Of a DNA stretch of 64,000 bases, positions 36,741 to 47,808 are shown piece by piece. The stretch spans positions 27,280,001 through 27,344,000 of the forward strand of contig OZ024749.1 in assembly GCA_964016885.1 (NCBI GenBank), written 5' to 3'. The position numbers and the translations under genes are program-made. Under the pieces are notes generated by a model. It saw nothing but the letters and a program-made list of their open reading frames with translations. It made no database searches and had not been told where the DNA came from. This stretch comes from Eledone cirrhosa (Eukaryota). The stretch's first letter is position 1; each line of letters starts with the position of its first letter.

Positions 36741-39732
36741 AGTCTCAGGTTCAATCAGGGGTAACCACAGTAAGTGAAGTACTGAATACATTAGTAGAGT
36801 ATATACAAAATTTAATATAGAAATGGCTCCTACAGGACTAGAACTGTTTCATTCAAAAGAAACCACCAGGAAATATATATATATATATCAACTCACAGCA
36901 TAAATATCTTGCATTCCATTGGTGCTCCCGTTCTGTCGGTGACATTTAAATGTAAAATTGTCCTTCGGGTTCGTTGACTGTACGTAGTGTATAGCCACAC
37001 GACCCTCAATGCTGCCAAGAGCAAAACCTGTTGGTTGGTTGGTCTTCTTGTCCATGAATACACTGACACAACGGTGCTAGAAACAGAAATAATGGCCAGA
37101 TGAGAGAAAGAGTAAGAAAGGGAGGAAGGGGGAAGATAGAGAGACAGAATGAGTAAGGAAGGGAGAAGCTAGAGACATACGGAAAAAGATAGGTGGAGAA
37201 ATATAGAGACAGAAAGATGGTGGTGTAGAAAGAGATTGAGGTAGAAGGGAAAACTCAGGTGCAAAGAGAGATAAATAGGCGTTATATGGACAGAGAAAAA
37301 GTTAAAGACAAAAGAATAGACATTCATATAAAGAGAGAGAGAGAGGAGAGAGACAGAGTGAAAGAGAAAAAAGGGGAAAAAAATAACACACACAAAACAT
37401 TCTCTTACCTGAAATTTCAATGGAGATTCTATTTTTCTGAATTCCTGTGGTTGGTTTTCCAGTTGGTAAATAATTAGCCCTCTTCCAGCTGTCCCTACCA
37501 CAGCCATTGGATATTTCTGCCAGGGAAAAAACAAACAAATGATAAATTAGTTATATCAACAACAAAAGCACCCAGTCCATCCTGCAAAGTGGTTGTGATG
37601 GTGACAAGAAAGAGCACCCAGTCAACCCTGTACGGTAGTCGTAATGGTGATTTAAGAAAAAGAACCCAGTTGACCATGTAAGGTAATCGTGATGGTGATA
37701 CAAGAAAAAGCATCCAGCTTTAAAAACCAAGCCAAAATACAAATCTCTATGAGCATGATGTGGTGTCTGGATCTGACTTGTCTCATAACGTGACAACCTG
37801 CCTAATCTCTGGAAGCATAGAAAACCCTTTAGTATTTAAACCAGCCGTATCTGGCCAGAATTCCCTCACCTCTTTCTATTCAAACTGTAACCAGCTGCTC
37901 ATACTGATGTTGAGGTATTGATCTCAAAATAAATAATATCAAAATCTCATTCGATATTATGCAAGATAAAATCTTTACTGTGAAAATATAATAGTAAATA
38001 TAGAGTAATGTAAATGTTAAAAGGTTAAATGGCGGTGGTGGTTGTGGTGATGATCAATATCATCGTTTTCACATCAACATTTATGTTGGCATGGGTTGGA
38101 TAGGACTTTTTTGATACAATGCTTTTCTTTTTACAGCTGGACACCCTCACTGACACCAACCTCTTTAGCCACATTTGATGACATGCAGGGATACAGTGTA
38201 CCTATTCTAAACTGGATACACACAGTTAGTAATTTATTAAATGAAATTAGTAAACTACTTACAACATCAGCACAATAGCATCTTTCAGGTAGGTTTATCA
38301 CGAGCATGGGAGTTGGACTTCTGGTGTCCCAAAACTGGAAACAGAAATACATCACAGTAACATCTTAAAATTTATGTTGGATGTACATTAATAACATCAC
38401 AATAATGACAACATCCTACATTTATGATGGATGTATGTTAACATCACAGTAACATCTTGCATTTGTGATGTTGGATCTATGTTAACAACATCTCAGTAAC
38501 ATCTTGTATTTGTGGTGTTGGATCTATGTTAACAACATCTCAGTAACATCTTGTATTTGTGGTGTTGGACGTATGTTAACAGCATCTCAGTAACATCTTG
38601 TATTTGTGGTGTTGGATCTATGTTAACATCTCAGTAACATCTTGTATTTGTGGTGTTGGATCTATGTTAACATCACAGTAACATCTTGTATTTGTGGTGT
38701 TGGACGTATGTTAACAGCATCACAGTAACATCTTGTATTTGTGGTGTTGGACGTATGTTAACAGCATCACAGTAACATCTTGTATTTGTGGTGTTGAACG
38801 TATGTTAACAGCGTCACAGTAACATCTTGTATTTGTGGTGTTGGACGTATGTTAACATCTCAGTAACATCTTGTATTTGTGGTGTTGGACGTATGTTAAC
38901 AGCATCACAGTAACATCTTGTATTTGTGGTGTTGGACGTATGTTAACAGCATCACAGTAACATCTTGTATTTGTGGTGTTGGACGTATGTTAACAGCGTC
39001 ACAGTAACATCTTGTATTTGTGGTGTTGGACGTATGTTAACAGCATCACAGTAACATCTTGTATTTGTGGTGTTGGACGTATGTTAACAGCGTCACAGTA
39101 ACATCTTGTATTTGTGGTGTTGGACGTATGTTAACAGCGTCACAGTAACATCTTGTATTTGTGGTGTTGGACGTATGTTAACAGCATCACAGTAACATCT
39201 TGTATTTGTGGTGTTGGACGTATGTTAACATCTCAGTAACATCTTGTATTTGTGGTGTTGGACGTATGTTAACAGCGTCACAGTAACATCTTGTATTTGT
39301 GGTGTTGGACGTATGTTAACAGCATCTCAGTAACATCTTGTATTTGTGGTGTTGGACGTATGTTAACAGCGTCACAGTAACATCTTGTATTTGTGGTGTT
39401 GGACGTATGTTAACATCTCAGTAACATCTTGTATTTGTGGTGTTGGATCTATGTTAACAGCATCTCAGTAACAACAACACTTAAGATACATGACAACAAC
39501 CTAGTTTATATTTTAGACCAGACATGGACAACCTTTTTCGAGCAGTAGGCCACATGGAACATGGCTCATCATATGGTGAGTTGCACAATAAAAAAATCCA
39601 AGGCAGTTTTGAAATTAGGGGTACCATTCAGAAAGCCAAACGGGTCGCAGTTTGCCCAACATCACTACAATAGTAACATCCTCTAATTATATCGCTTCCT
39701 GATTTAGGCAAAAGGGCCAACAATTTATGTAT

Positions 39733-39780
<48 letters not shown>

Positions 39781-42700
39781 CATACATACATATATACACA
39801 TACATACATATATATACACATACATATATATATATACACATACATATATATATATACACATACATATATATATATACACATACATATATATACACATATA
39901 TATATATATAAGCATACATATATATATATAAGCATACATATATATATATAAGCATACATATATATATATATAAGCATACATATATATATATAAGCATACA
40001 TATATATATATAAGCATACATATATATATATAAGCATACATACATATATATAAGCATACATACATATATATATATATATACATACGCATACATATATATA
40101 TATAAGCATACATACATATATATACATATACATATACAGGGTGCAAACGATATTTGTTCGCAAGATTACTGTCTAGAAAAAAATAACGCAGTAGTTTTAT
40201 TTTTTAAGATATATTTATCAAACTTGGGTCAGTTTGTCTTCATGACTTGTTCTTTCGATCTCACTCGATAAACCCGCCATTGGCTTTGATGACGGCCTCG
40301 GAACCGGCTACAGGCCTTCGTCACTGTCCCCCGACTTAGGCCCCTAAAGGCACTTGTGATCCTGGCCTTCAGATTGTCTTTCATATTGCAGCTAGATCTG
40401 TTGGTGTCTCGTTCCACTGCGCCCCACACAAAGAAGTCGAGGGGGTTGCAGTCAGGTGAGCCGGGAGGCCAGATGAAGTGTGGTCGACGAAATTCTCTGA
40501 CAGCCAGTCTTGGGTCTTTCGGCTGGTATGGCAGGGCGCTGAGTCTTGCTGCCACACGTACGGCCTACCCGCAGCTACCTGGTCGATCCAGGGCTTTACT
40601 ACCTTGCTCAGAACACGGATGTAGCCATCGGTGTTCAGCTTGAGGCCCTCAGGGAAGAAGAGAGGTGGCATGACGACACCTAAGACCAATGTTGTCGCTA
40701 GAAACTGTCTGCATGACTCTGGGCACGTCTTTGGGTGAGACAGCGAGCCACCTGTTCTGGGAGTTGATCTTCTGGTCCTTATTTGTCCTCCCGGTGCGGA
40801 TTCCAAGAAGAACTCCGTGTCTCTTCCACAAATTTGGAGGTTCAAAATTATTCATAATCAATTATTCTGAAAATAAATAATGGAAATATAGTCACTGTTT
40901 TTATGAAGACAAGAGTGATAACGGAAGAAAAAAAATTTGCATAAAATTACCAGTTGAAAATTGCTAACAAATATCATCCACACCCTGTATATATATATAT
41001 ACATATATATTACAAAAATTAGGATTGGTGCTCTGAAATAGCAATGTATACATGAATGTATGTATAGTATATTTGGCAATATACCGTATGTTTAATTAAA
41101 AACATTTTGAAGACCTTGCGCTATCATTTTTAAAGTAGTGACTATGTCACTTAATTCTTTTTTTGGCAAAGGAAGGGAGAGAAGCTGACATTCCGTTTCA
41201 CACTGTTGGTGATCCTCAGAGCAACGTACGAGATATTTAAATGCCAATATTACCTTCAAAGTCTTATCCCAACTTCCAGTCATTACACAAGAGTAAGATG
41301 GCGCCTTAATCCAGTGGACTGTTTTGATAGGGGCATCATGCTGTAAAAACAGAAAGAGAAAGAGCAGTACAGTTACAGGTGCAACATGTTGCAAACAGAG
41401 AGATCAGTTATAGAATTAAATGCTTAACAGCTGACAGGTGTATCATGCTGCAGAGAGAACGAGACAGCTATAACATGTATATAGAAACAACTGGACAATT
41501 GAGGGTGCCCAGATTATCACACTGAAAACTATAGGATTCACCACAGCATCTTAAAGTGTACAGTTTAGTTTACAGCTAGGCAGAGAGAGACATATCATAG
41601 AGATAGACATGGAGTATGCAGTACAGTTTAGTCTACAGCTAGACAGAGAGAGACGTTGGAGTATGCAGTACAGTTTAGTTAGACAGAGAGACATCGTAAA
41701 CATGGAACAACAGATATGTTGGCCCTGCTCAGTCAAAGGAGAGTTCAATCACAGCAGATCTGGGACTTCACAATGATACCACCACATCCACCATCACTAC
41801 TATATGATACATACCTGTGCTATTTGAACAGTCTGGTTGCTCCCTAAATCCCACATTTTTGCTGTCTTGTCACATGAAGCTGTGAACACTTTCGTCCCAT
41901 CCTACAAAAAAAAAAAAAGAAAAAAAATTCACAATGATTTGCACAAATATATACTTTTTTTTTTTATATATATAATTATTTTCCATGTTTGCATCGTTTT
42001 GATAGATCAAGCAAGGTGAGGTCATATGACCTGTCAAACTCTAAAGTTTAACCCATAAGTTAATGTCAGTTATAAGCCAAAGGCTCAAGCCAGTACTTAT
42101 CCCAGATTTCCTTGGAATTATGCAACTGAGAGTACTAGACTGTCCCTGGAGAGGATGCCAGTAAATTGCAGGTTTAACTCCCCAGCTACTGCTGGTAATC
42201 ACTCTTAGCTGGAATCGAACAGACGACATTATGATTGTATGGCAAGTATCTGAACCATCAGGCCAATATGGAAAATAGGCATAAAATGGTGATGATGACA
42301 GCGATATTCCACCACACATACACAAAATGGAAGAAAAATACTTACATCGCTCCAGTCGGCATCAAGAACAGCTCCTGTGTGTGTCTGCTGAGCCTTTGGA
42401 ATGGTTTGTCCATTTTGTTGTACTTCCCAACACCGGACCTAGAAATTGGTAAATGTATGAAACAATAATAACAATTTAAAAAAAACACACAACAAAACAA
42501 AATTTTATAATAAAAACATTCTTAAAAAATCAAAACACACACACACACAACGGTTTTTAATTTTGGTCTAATTTATTCCTGGAACAAACACTCAGGAGAG
42601 ATACTTTGAAAGAGGCTACCAATGTTTGTGACAAGTAAAGAAGACTGTTAAACCAGATGATAACGCATAAGGACAGCAATTTAGCGGAGGGGAGGGGTTA

Positions 42701-44699
42701 AATCAATCACATTAACCCTCCCCCCTCTGATCCCCAGTACTTGGCTGGTACTTTAACTCTGGATAGGATGAAAGGCAAAGTTAATGTTGTCAGGATTGAA
42801 CTCAGGAGGCTATACACCCTACTAAACAACATGACGCTCAGTGCTGCCCCACCCCAGAACAAAAGTGGACAAACACAACTTACAACCAGCTTGTTATCCA
42901 CCCTACTCCACACAACATGACCCTGAGTGTCGCCCCACCCCAGGACAAGAGTGGACAGGCAGACACAACCTACAACCAGCTTGTTATACACCCTACTCCA
43001 CACAATATGACCCTCACTGCAGTCCCATCCCAGATCAAGAGTGGACAGACACACAAACACAACTTACAACCAGCTTGCTATAGACCCTAGTCTAGACAAT
43101 ATGACCCTCACTGCAAGCGCACCCAAGAACAAGAATGAAAGCCCTGAACTTACATTGTTGTCCCAACTACCTGCTATGAGATAGGTGGATGGTAATGTAC
43201 TTGGACTGAACTTCACCACGGTAACGCTATCATCCGGAGGTGAATTTACCTAAAAACAACAACAAAAACAAGAAAAAGAAAAGAATATATAATAAAATAA
43301 AACAAAATTTCTTGAGGTAAACATAAATATATATATATCACTGGGTCAGGACCCAACGACTCAAGAAGGTAGGTGTAATGATAGTTACAGGTAGTTCGCC
43401 AGTCAGAGCACTCAAAGCAATTCTAAAGGTCTGTCATGAGTAGGGTTTATACTTCTGTGTAGCTAAGGGCTAAAAGCAGCTGTAATCTGCAGAGTGTAAG
43501 TAAAATTAAGCAGGAAGAAAGTCTCAAGGCTGCATCTTATATAAACTTTATTACCACATGACAATTGTTTCAATATCGATCAGCTGTGTGATCATAATGA
43601 CTGGGGTCCAACTCAGCATGTACAGTTCATTAGATATGTGGGTTTTATATAAAGCATTCTATAGTATACCATAGAACAAAAAGAAACTTAATTCTTGATG
43701 CCATCATAGGAGTACTGTCCTGAAACAAGGCATGTTCTGGGCATTTAAAACCTGATGGAACCCACCCTTCTTCAAGTCAGGAGAGAGAGAAAAATCAGTC
43801 GCAGTACTGGACTGGTTCTTTCTTTATTAGCATCGAAGTGATGAAAACAAAGTTGGCCTCAGCAGGATTTGAACTCAGGGTGCATTGATCTAGAATAAAT
43901 ACCAAGTCATTTTTAATCCACTACCCTAACGACTCTGGAAGCATCATTATGAGAATGCATGGGAGGATAATGGTCTACCTGAAGCAGATCCAACAGAGGG
44001 ACCAGCCCTCCAAGTTAGCAGCAGTATGGTAAGGCAACTAAGGATATGAAGATAGGCAAAGCAACTGGACCATCAGGGATAGTTGCTGAGATGCTGGGCC
44101 ACACATTAACCAGGCGTATTATAAATCAGGTAATACAGGATGGGTTCATACCCAATGACTGGTGTAGCAGCAACATCATCAACTGCTACAAGTGCAAAAC
44201 AATAACCACAAGACAGAGGAAACTATAAAAACATTAAATTGATGAACCAGGTCATGAAAGTCACTGAAAGATATATTGCACTACTATTCATGTACAGAAT
44301 AGATAAAATGCAGATGCTCTCTTCAATGTGAGACAGTTGCAGAAGTACCTAGCTAAGAGTAAGCCCCTCTGTATAGCATTTGTAGATCTGGAAATAATTT
44401 TTGACATGGTTCCCTGTTCCATAGTCAATTAGGAAACTAAGGGTAGAGGAATGTAAGGTTAGCAGTCAGTAAGGTTAGAATTAACAGTGAGTATAGTGAG
44501 GGATCCACCAGGGTTCTGTTCTCAGCCCTCTCCTGTTTATTATTCTCTTCCACACCAGAACAGACTGCTGGTAATAGAAGTTAGACAAAGTGGAACTTAC
44601 CTCGATGTCTTTCATTGGATTGTAGTTAGCTGTATTTGTTCCCATAAACATGTTGCTTCCATCACCTGTGAAACCGGAAGGGGCTCCAAATATGTTCAT
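36028..44699 (-). CDS. RAE1: mRNA export factor RAE1 (WD40), 10 coding exons, 369 aa
   Basis: Exons 44699-44601, 43249-43154, 42438-42346, 41901-41815, 41340-41254, 38334-38263, 37516-37409, 37076-36897, 36589-36395, 36120-36028; all phase 0; 1110 nt. Motifs [81 protein letters not shown]. Confidence 0.96.
38349..39470. repeat. 44/47-bp minisatellite, ~24 units, in a RAE1 intron
   Basis: Unit acagcatcacagtaacatcttgtatttgtggtgttggacgtatgtta; degenerate toward the exon at 38334. Confidence 0.95.
40137..40987 (-). mobile_element. Tc1/mariner-superfamily element (DD..D, probably DD37D/maT-like), deleted and frameshifted
   Basis: TA|CAGGGTG TIRs; [11 protein letters not shown]...[17 protein letters not shown] in adjacent frames. 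Confidence 0.85.
42810..43160. repeat. ~90-bp tandem repeat in register with the RAE1 coding exon 2 donor
   Basis: acttac/acctac at 42878, 42968, 43062 and the real donor at 43148. Confidence 0.8.
43945..44555 (+). mobile_element. Old decayed RTE fragment
   Basis: [29 protein letters not shown] and [11 protein letters not shown] remnants. Confidence 0.8.
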
Positions 44700-46839
44700 T
44701 ATTTAGAACAACTACAAAGAAAAATTAAAATATATAACCCATGCAAAATAGACATAAAACAATGATATAATAATATCAACTGATGGTACTACATTAAATT
44801 GCACCCAGTACACTCTGGAAAAAGGTAGTGCTGATGACACTAAAATTCAGCCACTACACTGGACAGTGGTAATGCTAGTGCCAAAATAAAATGCCTTTAC
44901 ATGCTGAGCTCAAATCCCACATTCAAATTTCTGAATATACATCTGTATAAGTCTCACCTCTTCCCAGGAAATTATGTAAAGAACCAGCATGTGTCTTTAT
45001 CTACCACATTTATTTACAATAAACATGCCATAATATTATAGACCTATCCACCAGTACAAGCACTGAAACACTAAAAGTAAACAAAGTGACGGATCAGAGA
45101 CTACAATGTTAGTGATCAAACAGACACAATACAGAGCTTGAGAGGACTCTTCAGCCTAGCTGAGGATATACCAATGTCTCTAGTGCCAATGCCATAAAAT
45201 GCACCCAGTCCACCCTTAACGTGTCAGTGTTGATGCCATGATAAATGCACCGAGACCACTATGTAAAGAGATTGTGTTGATGCTATGATAAAATCACTTA
45301 GTCCACTCTGTAAGGTGGTTGGCGTTACAAAGGGCATCCAGCCACAGAAACCATGACAAATATAGAACATATGAGCAAAATGAGATCTTTCCAGCTCGTC
45401 TAATCTCAGCCTGTGACAACCCGCCCGACCCCTACAAATGCCAACGTAGAAAAAGGACATAAAATTGCGGTGGTGATGATGAACATTAACAAACCTCAAT
45501 TCAAGAATTACCATACACTATAAATGGTGCATACAAAACAGAGGTGTGACTTATACATAATTGTACACTAATTTTCAGTGGCTGTAACATTGATTTCCAA
45601 TATAAGCACGAGGCCAGCAAATGTGAGGGGCAAAGCTAAGTTGATTAACCCTTTAGCATTTACATTACTCTATATATACTATTGTTTTTTTTTTTGTGGT
45701 AAAGGCTTTATCTGACATAATTATCTCACATAATATTGAATCTACGAGATTTTGATGTTATTTATTTTGAGAATACCTTAACATCAGTATGAGCGGCCAG
45801 TTACAGCCGGTTTGAACAGAAAACAGTGAGAGAATTTGGGATGGATATGGCTGGTTTAAATGCTAATGGGTTAAACCAACCTCAGTATTTGACTGGTACT
45901 TTATTTTATCGACCCCGGGAAGGATGAAAGGCAAAGTTGACCTTGGTGAACTTTGAACTCAGATGTTATAAACCAGAACAATTGCTGCTATGACATTTTA
46001 TCAGACGCTCTACCAATCCACCACCCTCTAATGGCTTCTAATTTGACGGGAGGGGAAGTCAATTATATTGACCCCATCACTTGACTGGTACTTTATTTTA
46101 TCAACCCCCGGAAACACGAAAGGCAAGATCGACGAAGGCGGGATTTGAACTCAAAATGTAAAGCGCTGGAATAAATACCGAAAGACATTTTGTCGAAGAC
46201 TGGGTACTTAGTTTTCCTATTAATTCATATCATGCACTCTCCATTACTCTAAATATGAGATGGTTATAGGAAGAGTCGATCATAAAACCATACCACGCCA
46301 ATAAATGCATCACCAATATATAATTAAAGATACGTAATAAATTATTCTTCGGTTGAAAGGAATGAAGAAATTGTAGATTTGCAGTATTGAATCTAGCTGC
46401 CTTTTCTAAATCCTGCTGGAAATATGAAAAATTCCTCGTAGAAACCCCACACTTGTTTATTATAAAACCTCTACAATTCCTCCTCGGTGTTCCATCGATT
46501 CAACAATGGCCAAAATAATAGCAACAACAATCATTTTATTTGAATAATATAAATATATTTACAAGAGAATCATTACAATATAATAAACGCATAAAATATA
46601 AAATAATAAAAATAGTAGTCATAATAATAATGGTTTCTTTATAATAATAGTAATTATTGAGTGAAAAATGCATTTAACGTTGGCTTAGTTGCACAACGAA
46701 GAAGATTGCGACTTTGCTATCACATATGGATATAGTTGTTTAAAAATGAACAACGGTGCACAAACTGAAAAATATGATAGGTCATTGATCGATCGATTTT
46801 GTAGAAAAATATGATCTGGAAAGAGAAAGTTGGCGGCAC

Positions 46840-47800
46840 TTACCCGACAGGTTGTCAGAAATATTAGGTGGGCCACTTACCTCCTCTTTACATTCACTCT
46901 CTCTCCCTCTTTGATGGTCTTTAATTGATGTAAGCGACCTTGTCTTTGTGAGTGAGTGAGAAAGAGTGAGTGAGAAAGAGCGAGCGAGAGAGAAAATGTG
47001 AGTGAGAGATCAATATTATTATAGCTTTTATGAATTATTGAGAACTTGTAGGTGATATCACGATTTGCTAAAAGTAGCAACCAAATTTCCTTCAAATCGC
47101 ACCCTACGTCATGAAGGATTGAATGAGATGCTAGCAACATCTCAGGGAGGTCATTGACAAAAAATATTCAAGAATAAATATTAGGAAAACACTCCTTATC
47201 TCATGTTTTACCAGAAAACGTGGTATACTCAACCACTGTAAATAATTACAAGAAGAATTCTGATAAAATTGTTAATTCGGTAACATAAAATATTAGTGAG
47301 GCGAGCAGCAATCAAGCTACAATAAACTTCATATTTAGTCTAGCTTATTAAATTATAAGGCTGAATTTAGCTTGCAAAAACAACACAAAACCCAAACACT
47401 TTTATTAATTTCTTAAGAATAAGGTACCCTGTCTGTAAGAAATAATCATAATCTGTCACTTCTAAAAACACATCAACGCACCTCATTTTACCAACACTTA
47501 TTTAGCTGTTTGTTTATCGACGACATGGACTAAACTATCGTTTCAAATTTTAACTCAGATTCTAGTATTAATTTTTTTTTATTTTTCTTACTAAAAATTG
47601 TACATTTGAATTAAATTAAATATAATACACATTACAGGAAAAATACGAGATTTATTTTTGTGAGACGGCCGCTTACATCAAAGCTACAGTCACAGAGAAC
47701 CTATATAGATATAAACCGACCGACTATAAACTTCCACCAGTTTATTCCAGAGCTGAAGTGTTTTGGATGATTCATTCTCGTCGGCTTTTTACAGGTCTAA
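46840..47800. promoter_or_regulatory. Probable RAE1/TATDN1 bidirectional promoter region
   Basis: Two minus-strand GTAAGT donors (46838-46843, 46875-46880) suit a RAE1 non-coding first exon; TATDN1 ATG at 47809; mirrored GG[T/C]CGCTTACATCAA motif. Confidence 0.5.
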
Positions 47801-47808
47801 TTACCAAC

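Noticed and set aside
38349-39470. CRISPR-like regular array
   Set aside because: No unique spacers, contiguous units, eukaryotic intron, no cas genes.
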